Origin: Perkinsela sp. CCAP 1560/9
Taxonomy: Eukaryota > Protista > Euglenozoa: Kinetoplastea
Assembly: GCA_965644495.1 (NCBI GenBank)
Contig: CBFFSA010000061.1
Span: 1-46,800, forward strand
Direction: 5' to 3'
DNA: 46,800 bases
The position numbers and the translations under genes are program-made. Shown piece by piece: positions 22,749-33,930 of this stretch (the stretch's first letter is position 1; every line of letters begins with the position of its first letter). The notes beneath the pieces were generated by a model. That model was not told the DNA's origin, searched no databases, and was given only the letters and a program-made list of their open reading frames with translations.

Positions 22749-22992
22749 CTGTCCCCCCTAGCCTAGCGTGCTATCCCTATCCTGGCTGGGATGAAGTGCA
22801 ACGCTAGGAGGGGGGGCAAAAACTGGGGCCGAAGAATTGCTAAGCCGAAGATGTTGTGGGATTACTGAGGAAGATTTTCAAAAAAATCGCTGCTTAGGGT
22901 ACATTTTTACCATAGCTTCGCAGCAAGAGACAGTCTAGAAAGCAACGCTAATGAGGGGGACTACCGAGGCAACGATAGGATAGGGGGGATAG
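22749..22992. mobile_element. Nested MITE A
   Basis: Imperfect TIR ctgtcccccctagcctagcgt / acgataggataggggggatag; TA flanks. Confidence 0.7.
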
Positions 22993-22994
22993 TA

Positions 22995-23206
22995 CTGTAC
23001 CCCCCTAGTTATCTGTCACAACTTTTCGTGGAAAGGTGACAAATAAGTAGAGGGGTAAATTTCGTTTTAAGATTTTTTTGGAAAACAATAGCTATGAAAG
23101 TGACAGATAACTAGGGGGAGTAATTGACGAAAAAAAATTGAAAGACCGAAAAGTGGCAGATAACTAGGGAGGTGACGTGTGAGAGATAACTAGGGAGGAG
23201 GTACAG
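22995..23206. mobile_element. Nested MITE B, sharing one TA with MITE A
   Basis: TIR ctgtacccccctagttatct / agataactagggaggaggtacag; internal agataactaggg repeats; TA flanks. Confidence 0.75.
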
Positions 23207-23329
23207 TACTTCACTTGTATGGTTACTTATGCCCGCGAATGACCACATCACGGGGTGAGTGGCTTTTTTGCGAGCACCCGATCAATTGTTGGAAAAGAAC
23301 GGACTTTTAAGAGCATGGGTCCGAAATAT

Positions 23330-23390
23330 AAATAAAAGTTTAGTTTTTCATGCACTTGTAGTGCAGTTACCCACGTTGTCTTTACCCGCT
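23330..23390 (-). promoter_or_regulatory. SL RNA promoter-like segment ending in AACTAA, inside a mariner-like element
   Basis: The minus strand reads gcgggtaaagaca...ctgcactacaagtgcatgaaa-AACTAAAC, homologous to the sequence preceding AACTAA in the SL unit at 37520-37598. Confidence 0.55.
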
Positions 23391-24244
23391 CCACATCTAG
23401 GTGGTGCCGCACGCTGGTGCGCTGATCATTTCAAAAGCGTACAGTACGTGGCAGGAGAGTTCCTCTGATGTACAGTACAGTATAGTATGCAAAGACTAGC
23501 CGTACAGATCGGTGGAGGTCAGTGTGGATCAGAAGAGATCGCTGGAGATCGAAGATCATTTTTGAACGCCCAAAGGGACTACCTGCAGACTCTCCATTTC
23601 AACAGCGGCGAAAATTAGTACAAAAATTCGTACCACAAAAAAAAAATCTTCTGAACGATGCGTCAAAATTGCGCTTAAGTAGCCGGGTCAAACGGTTGCG
23701 CATAAGTAGGGGGGGGACAGTAATGTAGAACTTGAAGGCTTCTTAAAAATCAGAGGCAAGATAAAACATCTGTATTATAATGTACTAACAACAAAGATTA
23801 CACTAAGCAACGGTCAGGCGATGCGTAAACCGTGTATGGGGGCTAGAGGATGTTACATGGGAAGAAAGTGATAAGTTACTATCCGCAATGGGGAGCATGT
23901 ACTAAAATTCGAAGAACGAAAGATTTTTATATTATGAAGACATAAACAGTCGCACAGAACTAGTAATTGCAACTATGACCTTTTTCTGCTATTTAAGGGT
24001 GCCGTGGCGTTTCGTTTATAAGTGATTATGAGTGGGCCATTACCGTGATTTTTCAAAATCGTTATTACAAAGTATATTATATAATTTCGAAATGTGTACT
24101 CCCGCTCTCATTTTTTTTTCGTAAATATGAATTATAAGCTACTTTCGACCCAAAACCCATTCTCTTATTCTTCTTTTCCCCATGAACTCCCCGCCCAGCT
24201 ATACATAATTTAATGTTTGTATTAAGAATGTGTATTTGGTTTTA

Positions 24245-24594
24245 AACCCTGTTCCGGGTTATTGTGCCCCCCCTGCACAATAACTGGCTCTAGGCACAAT
24301 AAGTAAATATTGGAAAATCAAAAAAAGGGTAAAAAGAATTTGGCGCCGCTTCGCGGCGCCTTTTTTATGGACAATCACGTTCATATGCAGAATAAGTTCT
24401 ATTTAAGGGATGCGTTGTTGAACAAACTACGTTATTTTCGAGAAAATGGGAATAAAAAACAACCAAAAAATTACGGCGCCGCTTCGCGGCGCCATATTTT
24501 GGAGGGGGGGGGCACAATAATAGTGGTCGTTTCCACTTATTGTGCCCCCCCTGCACAATAAGTAGCTCTAGGCACAATAACCCGGAACAGGGTT
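24245..24594. mobile_element. MITE with AACCCTGTTCCGGGTTATTGTGCC TIRs
   Basis: Perfect ~24-bp TIR with TA flanks; related fragments at 13510-13650 and 45870-46010. Confidence 0.85.
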
Positions 24595-24601
24595 TACATT
24601 A

Positions 24602-25493
24602 AACCACCGTCCGGGTTATTATACCTAGGGACACCTATTGTACCTCCTAGGTATAATAAGTGTCCCTAGGGTCCTTATTATACCTCCCCCCCCTACCTTC
24701 AGAGGCGGGTGCAGAACTTACAGGACAGTAAACTTTGATGTGGGAGGGGACTAAAATTTGTAAAACTTGGCCCATTTTGGAAAGTTATAGCGCATTCGAG
24801 AGCGCTCGAACAGGGCTCATGAACGTGCAGGCACGTAATCTGCGTTTGGATTTTCGAATGCACATAGATCACATTGTTTTTTGGTAGACAAAATCTTGCA
24901 TTTTTTACAATTTTTCTGATCCCCCCCTGATTTATGCCACAAAGACGGGATTACGGACGATCGCCCAAACATAAACACTCCGAAAGGGTTAATTCATCTC
25001 CTGGACACGTAAAAGCATGCTGGTGCATGCTCTTTGTTGTCGCAGCAATCTTTTCCACTCACTGCGCGTAAATTTCAATGTTGCGTTTGATGAGGGAAAC
25101 TTACCAAGAAATCAGATTGACATTGGATGTACTGCAGAAGTGTATGGTTTTGTCTGCCACCATCTGTCACCGTCTGCCACTATCTGTTTGCATTACATCC
25201 ATTGTCAAGATTTTTGATCAGTTGGGGTATAGTAACCACGAAAATACATGTATTCGTGGCATTTCATATTCTTTTACCCCTGACCCCCCAGAAAACAATC
25301 TTACCCCCCCACTCGCACACGTTTCCCCAGGCGCGAGAGGGAAACTTACAAATGGATCATAACTTGTTGTGGGCAATGTGAAGAACGCGCCGCGAAGCGG
25401 CGCGAATTTTTTTTTATCCTTTTTGCAAAGCAAAGTTATTATACCTAGGGACACTTATTATACCTCCTAGGTATAATAACCCGGACGGTGGTT
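24602..25493. mobile_element. Non-autonomous TIR element (AACCACCGTCCGGGTTATTATACCTAGG)
   Basis: Perfect ~28-bp TIR with (T)TA(A) flanks and subterminal repeats. Confidence 0.85.
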
Positions 25494-26450
25494 TAATTTT
25501 GTTTCATAATAGATGAGTCAAATAACTATGAGTCACAGGCCAGGAAACTTTCAGATGGAGATTTGGAATTTCCTTCATAATATCATAATATGTGTTGTAT
25601 TAAGTGCTCGGTGGGGGCAATCCTTTTCTCATGGACCAATTACAATACACCCCCTCTTTAACCATATCAACGGAATCTGAATTTCAAGTCGTAAACGTAT
25701 AATAAATGAATTGCGGTGGTTGTATAACTACCGCTCTACCCTCGATTATTGAAAAAAAAGTGAACAAAAACAGTGAAAATATAAAGAGGAACACAGTAAT
25801 ATAATAGAAGAAAAATATATAAAAGGGGATCCAGTGGTCCAAAAATTTTCAAAAAAAATCGGACCCTTGGGGGGTCCAGGGGGGGTCTATGGGGAGAGTC
25901 CATGGGGGGACCTTGCGTTCTTGCCTACGAGTAATCCTCAGATGCTACTTACGATAAAGTATACTTTTGTTTTCTCATTTTACGTGGGTTTTTCCGTCCG
26001 TTCTTCTCATTCGCATTGTTTTTCCCATTGTAAAAAATGGAAATTATTTATATATTTTATAAACCTATACTACCCCTGTGTATACAGTGGGATAAGAGTA
26101 GGAAAACTACTCAAACGAAAAAAGATAAAGGTATTGTTTCTGTAAAGCTGCCTTCTCCGAAAGCTCTCGGACTTACCTGGCACTGCCATCTCATTGACGG
26201 TACACGCGCCGACCAAAAACGTCATTGGTTCAAAAAACCAAAAGGTGGACAAAGAATATTTCATACTCTCTGTAAAGTGTGTAAGTGGCTAACTTACACG
26301 CGTGTGAGATGCCACTTACACGCTCATTGTGTAAGTGGCTAACTTAGCCCGGAAGGTATGTATCCACACCTAAGGTGTGGGTGCGCACAGGGAGCTTAGA
26401 GGATTGTAGGGGTCCGGTTCTTCTACAAACACATTAGATATACTCTTATA

Positions 26451-27250
26451 CAGGGGGGGCCACGAAAACTGACTAGCTTCGCATTTTAGCCTCGTGAGGC
26501 CGTTTGAACTAATTTTTGTTGCAAACGAGAGTTCTCGTTCTGAATATCGTGTCTACGCTATTTAGAATACAAAAACTGATGAAAGCAAGCCTTTCCCATG
26601 GGTCGAAAAACTGAAATTTTTGAGATTTTGCAAATTGAAAAAAGAGCGCAAAATAGTAATTTTTGGCCTTTAAGAGCGCAAAATAGTAATTTTTGTCCAC
26701 TCTCTTGTGTACCCATTTAAACCCCGGACACCCGAATGGCGTGTCTTTCTCATCATCAACAAGGGTACAGAGCATAGCACGGAATTCCTCCGCATCAACG
26801 GCATTATCGCGCGAGTAGCTCGCACGTGCCACGTCACCTGACTCATCAAAACGTGCCTTGTACCGATAGACAGAGCTCTCAGAACAGTTCATCATTCGTG
26901 CCGTGTCTTCAATACTTGTACCACGATGTCTTTCGTGTGCGCAAACAATGCGTATGGAATACGAAGACTGCTCTGGGGACAATTGGCGACGGTTTAATCT
27001 ATGCCGCTTGCCCATAGTGAAGAAAAAAGAAGAGAAAACCAACTTTTTTACTATCTTTTATGCTTTTTGCAAAATAAATCGTCTTAAATTTCAGTATTTT
27101 CGAAATGCAAAATATCAGGTTTATACAAACGAGTTCTAAATAGCGTAGACACGATATTCAGAACGAGATCTCTCGTTTGCAACAAAAATTAGATCAAACG
27201 GCCTCACGAGGCTAAAATGCGAAGCTAGTCAGTTTTCGTGGCCCCCCCTG
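26451..27250 (-). mobile_element. Tc1/IS630-like deletion derivative (800 bp) with ~115-bp TIRs and a transposase HTH remnant
   Basis: TA|CAGGGGGGGCCACGAAAACTGACTAGC... and its reverse complement ending at 27250|TA. Minus ORF from 27015 includes GTSIEDTARMMNCSESSVYRYKARFDESGDV (Tc1-type HTH); no DDE domain. Confidence 0.9.
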
Positions 27251-27251
27251 T

Positions 27252-28232
27252 ATGTTACGGGTTATAGCACAGCTTTATTTTGAAGGGACTTTACCTAATA
27301 ATTTTACCTACACGTTTTATATCCTTAAATCTCACATTATGGACGATGGGTCAGACCTCAGACGTGGAAAAGTACGTCGTGAATTATTACCACAGGAAAA
27401 CGCACTTGAAGAATTTTTAAGAGGAGCAACACTTCGGCATCCTACGTGGATTACAGAAAAGAAACGATTCTTTGGAGGTATGAAAAAGGTGTCTCCATGT
27501 ACATGGAGAGGCATCACCTGTGACCCGGAAAATAATATCATCAGCATCATTGGGAGTTACGGCTCTCCGATCCTTGAAGGGAATTTAAGTTGGCGTGATC
27601 TCCCACCCACACTGGTCAGGTTGCAGTTACATCAGTACCCCAAACTTCGCGGCGTTATCGACTTGACCAATTTTCCTCCATGTCTTAATCGATTTCAAGT
27701 CATCAAGACGGGATTGTCCGGGACGGTAACGTTCGTCCATCTCCCGCTCATGATAAAAAACATAAAACTCAATGAGAGCCTTTTTACAGGCGAGATCGAT
27801 TTCGCCACCCTACCGGTAAATTTAGGATTGCTGGGATTACGCGGGAACCAGTTCACAGGCCTTGTCGCACTCACCGCATTGCCCGCGGGGCTACGGACGT
27901 TTGACTTGGCCTCAAACCATTTTACGGGACAGCTTGATCTAAGTGCTTTGCCTCCGAATATGGTACATCTTAATCTCAGTAACAATGCCTTCGAGGGGGC
28001 GCTCGTCTTCCACGCGAATCTTCCGTCCTCGTTGCTCTATCTCGGACTCTATGGCAATGCGCTCTCCGGGATCGTTGATTTTTCTCCCATCATGGAGCAC
28101 AAAATCTTAACGCGGTATCGTTACCTTTCACGCACGTATGGGATTAATTTGTACAAAAACTATTTTACGGATTGGGGCCCAAAAAATAGTAAATTTGGAG
28201 GAAGATTGCCGATGGGTGTGCTGTTTACTTAG
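27252..28232 (+). CDS. LRR protein locus 7 (most divergent member)
   Basis: RRGKVRRELLPQE motif, PCTWRGITC cap and about 8 LRRs. The start could be 27252 (overlapping the TSD) or 27339. Confidence 0.88.
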   Translation: MLRVIAQLYFEGTLPNNFTYTFYILKSHIMDDGSDLRRGKVRRELLPQENALEEFLRGATLRHPTWITEKKRFFGGMKKVSPCTWRGITCDPENNIISIIGSYGSPILEGNLSWRDLPPTLVRLQLHQYPKLRGVIDLTNFPPCLNRFQVIKTGLSGTVTFVHLPLMIKNIKLNESLFTGEIDFATLPVNLGLLGLRGNQFTGLVALTALPAGLRTFDLASNHFTGQLDLSALPPNMVHLNLSNNAFEGALVFHANLPSSLLYLGLYGNALSGIVDFSPIMEHKILTRYRYLSRTYGINLYKNYFTDWGPKNSKFGGRLPMGVLFT

Positions 28233-28908
28233 TGCCTTTGCATGCCTTGGTGTGAGGTGTGTGCGTGTCTTTTAAAACCATAATAAAGAGTAAACTCGTA
28301 TTATGAACAAACCTTTTTTTTCTTAATCATCAAAACTATTTTGTTAATCATCGACGGTTGGTTAAGAATAGATGAAAGACGAACTACTACCCCCTTTTTC
28401 AAGAATGATAGATGCAAGCCAGGGCATGCCTACCCTCTGGGGCTAGGGGCTGATTCCACTTACCCATTAAGCAAGGACGAAGGCCATTGTAAAGAGGTCC
28501 GCGCCTAGCCTAACCAACGGGTTAGAGCGCGGAGCTCCGTGGGAGAGAAGGCGAACCCCATTTCGCTCCATGGGAGAGCGAACACCCCATTCTGCCCCTT
28601 CCCCAGTTTGAAAAGGCAAAGTGGAATTCTTGGACAGCCATGGCTTGGGAGAGAACCTACGGTTCTGGTAGTGTCGGGCTGTCCGAAGGAGACTCAGGTT
28701 GGAGGTACCTGTGTATACATCGATGAGAGTTTTACCCTTGGGTTTTTCCTTTGGGCTGACCCCCAGTAACAGAGATTTGGCTCGGGAGGGTGGTTGGAGG
28801 GTGGTTGGAGGGGGGAGGGGGTGTTTGCACGGGCGGAGGTCGCTGGGCTGGGTGAGGGTGGTTGCGCGGGAGCGAATGGCGTAGTTGCGGGGTTGTCTGA
28901 ACCGAAAA

Positions 28909-29628
28909 TCAACGCATCCATGAACAAAAAAAGCCTTTTCCCACCAAAAAAGCATACCCCCTCCAGTAACAGAGATTTGGCCATTTGGGTCCAAAACTGA
29001 TTCTATTACTTGGGGGGGGTATACGGTAGATAGCTATAGCCTGAGATGCGGCCTCCCAGGATCCGTGGGCATCCGATGGATCCCACTCATCATGTTGGGC
29101 AGAGAAAGAAACCGAAGCGACGTATGCCGCGGCACAGTAGAGAGACGAAGAGTGCGGACCAAAGCCCCCATGTTTTTTTCCTCGTTGGGCCTGGGTACGT
29201 CCGGAGGGATTCCGTGAGCAGATGACATCTTCGAGGGCGCGTACGACTGCGTTATCGAGGCTTGAACAGAGACCCAACATGGATTTGGGGAGTATGGTGC
29301 GGAGAGGAAAGACGAGCTAGCAGAAGCCTGAATCTTGGCGGACGAAAGTTAAAGCGCTTTGACGACCGTCGATCTTCTTTATAGCCCTGAGTGTCGATAT
29401 CGCAGTCGCCAAAGCGTGCTCGCGAAGATAATCGCAGCAGTGTTCTGCCGACCCAACAGGGCTGACATAGATGTTAAAGTTGCCATCAAGGTGTATTTTT
29501 TCCATGGGGATCTGTGGGAATAATGTGCTGCACTGTGCACATTCTTTCTTCGTGATGCAAGCGAGATAGAAGCTTTTCTGCTTGTGCCAACACCTCTTTC
29601 TGCAGGCAGGCTTTGTACTTCTCATCAA
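28909..29628 (-). pseudogene. CRE-clade retrotransposon remnant (end of RT/thumb region)
   Basis: VSPVGSAEHC and AQRGKKHGGFG...AAAYVASV resemble the GxPxG and GGLG...AAYxAS motifs of CRE-like RTs. Disrupted. Confidence 0.65.
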
Positions 29629-29826
29629 TTGGTTTTTTTAAAACTCATAAAACTATATTTTCGCACAATTTCGTTTCTTTGCGGCAGCGAATCATAGCGG
29701 GAACGTCTAGAACGCGAAATTCTACACGAAAATGTGCTATGTTACCCCCTCCACACAGATTTCTGACTATGATAACTTATCCGTGACGCGGGGTATAATT
29801 TTGTACTTCATATCACATTGTTCTTC

Positions 29827-30567
29827 ATGTTCTATACCTTTCTAGCAGCGGATGTTCCAGAGTCGCGTGTCATAACTCGCGCAGCCAAAGTGAGCGCGAC
29901 GAATCTTCCGTCAGAATACGATCTTGTGCGACTGGTGCGTAACATTGAGAATCCGCATACCTCGTGGAGTACATCAACCCCGGCTTGTAGGTGGGATGGC
30001 GTGTCTTGTAACAAAGAGGCTGAGATAACGGGGATTAATTGGCCCTCAAGAAAACTAACCGGTGAGCTAAGCTTTGGTTATCTACCGAAAACACTGCATA
30101 CTTTGTACGCTTATGTAAACAAGCTTTCCGGTGAATTGCAATTTGATACGTTTCCTGCTACATGTATGATGCGTACGTTAAGTCTTCGGGACAATGAGTT
30201 AAGTGGACCATTGGACTTAACAGCTCTTCCTCCAAAACTGAAGACGTTAATACTCTCTGGGAACCAATTTACGGGTGACGTTTGTTTGACGAAATTACCG
30301 TCAGAGCTCATAAATCTTTGTCTTGGTAGGAACAAGCTATCCGGAGAGCTTTGCTTTAGTGAACTACCGAAGGTCGTTATGCTCCGACTTGAAAACAATA
30401 ACTTTTCCGGAAATATTGATCTAACAGGAGTTCCACCTTCATTGGGAGACCTTCATTTGTCCAACAATGTGAATCTATTTGGCGAAATAGAAGAGCGTCT
30501 TCTTTCCGAAAAACTGCGCAAAGGTCTGAAAATTGAAAACACCAACATTACGCGTTTAACATCCTAG
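29827..30567 (+). CDS. LRR protein locus 8
   Basis: MFYTFLAAD start; near-identical to loci 9 and 11. Confidence 0.92.
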   Translation: MFYTFLAADVPESRVITRAAKVSATNLPSEYDLVRLVRNIENPHTSWSTSTPACRWDGVSCNKEAEITGINWPSRKLTGELSFGYLPKTLHTLYAYVNKLSGELQFDTFPATCMMRTLSLRDNELSGPLDLTALPPKLKTLILSGNQFTGDVCLTKLPSELINLCLGRNKLSGELCFSELPKVVMLRLENNNFSGNIDLTGVPPSLGDLHLSNNVNLFGEIEERLLSEKLRKGLKIENTNITRLTS

Positions 30568-30959
30568 TGTTTTTCTTGCTTAAATCATAAACTCAGCGTT
30601 ATAAACCACGGTCAGGTTTAAGATTCCTGTAGCCTTATAACATTCAGGGGGAACATGTTTCGATGTCCCACGCATTTTTTAAACTCACCGTCCTGAACAT
30701 TTCTTATATCGTATAATTTAAATGATGTTGGAGAGTATAATCCATTAAGCACCTATTTAAATTTTAGAACGAGGGGACGCTGTGGTGCAATTTTATGACC
30801 AAAGCGATGTTGAAACCGACACGGAAGAAAACCGCTCTGAATTAGAAATGGCTCATCCAATCCAAATCATTCCGGAATGTCCCAGAAGGTCACTGGCAAG
30901 CCAGGCCCTTCACACACAGAGTTGGAAGTTCCGAGGCCGAGAGAACGTTGAAAAGTTAA

Positions 30960-31063
30960 TTTAGGCTCTACTTTAAACGTGGTGGTTGTTTTCAACTTAG
31001 AAGTCACTCATGCTGCGCGCTTCGCGTTGAAAACTACCACCGCGTTTAACGAAGAGCCTAAAA
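30960..31063. repeat. ~100-bp palindromic dispersed repeat, copy 3
   Basis: Matches 14458-14560 and is followed by the same family body as 14560-15100. Confidence 0.8.
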
Positions 31064-31539
31064 AAGAAAATTCGGCCTGGAAAGCTAAAGAAAACACAAA
31101 GATTATTGCCAAATATAGCCGATTTTCGGGTAAAAATGGGATGATTTTTGCGTATTTTTGCTCTCAGAGCACTAAATCCGATATTTGCGTGTGAGAAATC
31201 ACTCGCAGCGACTCCAACCACACCATTCTTTTGACATAAAAAAGTCCCCTTTAGGTCCGAAAATTACTTTTTCGCATTTTTTGGTCAAAAATGGGTCATT
31301 TTGGGAGGCGTACCACGGCTTCAAGAAGCGACATCTCGCAAAAATACAATAGGCGAAACAATTTTGGAAAATTATTTTTTTTATCATTTTTTTCGTCAAG
31401 TTGAAACTTTTTTCAAAAACAAATTCCGAAAAAATCCGAACTTGACGGACCCGTCCTGCGCATACGAGGGGGGGTCACCCCTGGGTAGGGGGGTGGAAAA
31501 TACGCGCCAAGACCCCGGCTACCCCTTCTGCTATTCGAG

Positions 31540-31854
31540 CAGGCACTTCTGGCCTACCGCCAACATGGGCCACTAATGTCAACTACAATAATAAGGATAG
31601 ACAATACTAGTGTGGAATATGCCCTACGGAAAAAATGGGCAGAATCTCCCAGTATTGCCCAGGTTCTTGCTCGACTACTCGAGCTCATGAATAAGAACGG
31701 TATCCGTCTAATTCCACAATATGTAAACACAAAGGAAAACTTGGCAGACCCCTGGAGTCGAGATAAATTTTCCACTTGGCGAAACGGGGGAATATTTGAA
31801 CTGTCCTCGAAGGAGACTGGCGAATGGGGCGGGTGCGGACGTCCCCTTCGTTAG
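31540..31854 (+). pseudogene. RNase H remnant of a DIRS/Ngaro/VIPER-TATE-type tyrosine-recombinase retrotransposon
   Basis: IRIDNTSVEYAL...QYVNTKENLADPWSR matches the DNT...N.AD..SR signature. Confidence 0.75.
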
Positions 31855-32399
31855 TCCTTTAGCAAGTTATGATGAAATAGATTTGAGTATATATATAGTT
31901 TAACCCGTTTCTTAGAAGTTGATAAGAGCATTACGTAGCAGCAAAAGATCGTTACAATTATGAACACTCATTACTTACGTACTTATTAAGAAAATGAAAT
32001 AGTGAGGGCCCGCGCGATGTCACCAAGGCCTAATTATGGGATCTTGCGTGAGTAATTCGGCATAAGTGGGTAATAAAGAGGAGGCGAACATAAATTATAA
32101 TTGTATGATATTCGAACTAGTTCACTTTCTTTGATATTATCATTTACCTGTGTCATTTTGTTTTACCCGCCCACCTCCCCTCTACTGAGTGCGGACGTCC
32201 CCTTCGTTAGTCCTTTAGCAAGTTATGATGAAATACATTTGAATATACAGTGTATATATAGTTTAACCCATTTCTTAGAAGTTGATAAGAGCATTACGTA
32301 GGAGCAGAAGATCGTTACAATTATGAGCACTCATTACTTACGTACTTATTAAGAAAATGAAATAGTGAGGGCCCGCGCGATGTCACCAAGGCCTAATTA
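31833..32399 (+). repeat. ~205-bp direct repeat pair (31833-32036 and 32189-32399)
   Basis: Both copies run gtgcggacgtccccttcgttag...ccaaggcctaatta and are separated by ~150 bp of unique sequence. Confidence 0.9.
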
Positions 32400-32731
32400 A
32401 GAGCAATATTATGTGATGCATAAGTGCTGTAGTATTTTATACTCAACTACAACGAGAAACCTTGACTTCAAGACGTTATTCGTGACACCAAGACACCACA
32501 GAAATCTCGGATGCGATAATACAAACGAAAAGATAAACAGAGCTGTGGACGCGAAAATATCACACATGCTTCAAAATTAAAGCCCATTTGGAGATACATG
32601 TAATTGAACGCTTTTTGGTGACAAAGCATAGCCCAAATTTAGAGAAAGTCACTGCAACTTTTGAGTTGAAAAGTAGTTTTTGTATGCGCATTATCCAATA
32701 AAACAAATCCGAGAATGAAAAGGAAATTTAC

Positions 32732-33577
32732 TCATTCCTGCGAGCTGTCTACCAACAGAGTTGGTCGAGGCCTCTCCTTGAACTCACATACCTCATCTTG
32801 GGAGACCCCTGGGAGAAGGATATTCGAAAACAATTCTTTAGGGGTTGCGTCTTGGAGTACATCGAGGGGTCGTCTGTTGATGGAATCGCACACTGTTTGA
32901 AGAACAGCTTGGGTAATCCCGGTGAATTTAAGCGCTTTCGGATAGAAATCGCGGACTACCCCATTAAAACGCTCTACACCACCCTTCTCCCAACTTGCGT
33001 ACGGTTTGCAGAAGAAAGAGACGCATCCGAACGACTCATTGACTTTCTCATGCTTCGCGAATTCTGTTCCGTTGTCATACGTAACAGTATGAACGACGAA
33101 GCCCCGTAAAGCCTTGTTGACCTCCTGGGCAACAAGTTCGGAATTCTTTGAGGAAAGAATGCGTAGGATACCGAAACGGCTCTTCCGTTCTACTAAACTT
33201 AGGAAATAGCCTGAGTGTTTCGTACCTTCAATTAAATCGCACTCCCAGTCTCCATATCTGGAGCGGGTGATGATAATATCAGGACGTTCGCTGATGTCAG
33301 TACGGTTCTGGATTTTTAATCGATTAAGACCACGACGCCGTATTCGACCACATACCTTGGGGGGTTAGTGTTTTCGCGTGGTCTTGGTAACCATGGCCGC
33401 TTTCTGAGCCCGTTTAGCGTCATAGTGGCCCTTTCGAGAGCCTCGAGTGAGCTCACGACTTAGAGTTGATTGCGAAACGCCGAGCTTTTCAACAATCTCT
33501 TCTTGAGAAAAATTTTGCTGGTTGTATAACACTTCTATCGTTCCGCAGTCCTCTGCATCCAGTTGCTTTTTGGTCAT
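32732..33577 (-). pseudogene. IS30-family DDE transposase with one in-frame stop and a probable internal deletion
   Basis: N-terminal HTH LGVSQSTLSRELTRG...YDAKRAQ. In the same frame after the TAA at 33365-33367: ISERPDII.TRSRYGDWECDLIEG...LVERKSRF...TVTYDNGTEFAKH...FFCKPYASWEKGGVERFNGVVRDFYPK...INRRP...TPKELF. Confidence 0.9.
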
Positions 33578-33930
33578 AAGGAGCACAAAAAAAGAGCAGA
33601 AAGTAAAGGAAGACAAATTAATACTCCATAGGATGTAATGCAAACAGATAGTGGCAGACGGTGACAGATGGTGGCAGACGGTGGCAGACAAAAAGACCAC
33701 TTGGTACACTATTTTTTTCGTCTAGCATAGATAAGCCGCTTGCCAACATTACCTTTTCGAAAGTTCACATCACCCCCCCCCCCCCCCTGACCAGTCGTTC
33801 AAAAAACACGATCGACCCTGTAATATCGAGTTTCTAAAAAATCCAAAACGTAGCACTACGTCGTTAGATGAGTTCTTTGATAAACGAGAGGAATAAAGCA
33901 AAAAAATGTGTTACCAAGTTAAAAATCTAA

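Larger units (their letters stand above)
22587..23720. mobile_element. Non-autonomous Tc1/mariner-like element with nested MITEs
   Basis: TIR CTGTCCCCCCCC.ACTTA.GCGCAAC / GTTGCGCATAAGTAGGGGGGGGACAG; TA TSD at 22585-22586 and 23721-23722; empty site reconstructable. Confidence 0.9.
21997..23871 (+). pseudogene. LRR locus 6, with a +1 frameshift near 22322 and a mariner-like insertion
   Basis: ESLQG/QLNVKYLP frameshift. Excising 22587-23722 restores LNRNVELEGFLKIRGKIKHLYYNVLTTKITLSNG..., which matches the C-terminal region of locus 4. Confidence 0.85.

Noticed and set aside
32600-33800. Terminal inverted repeats for the IS30-like element
   Set aside because: I could not find a convincing IR pair or TSD, so only the transposase remnant is reported.
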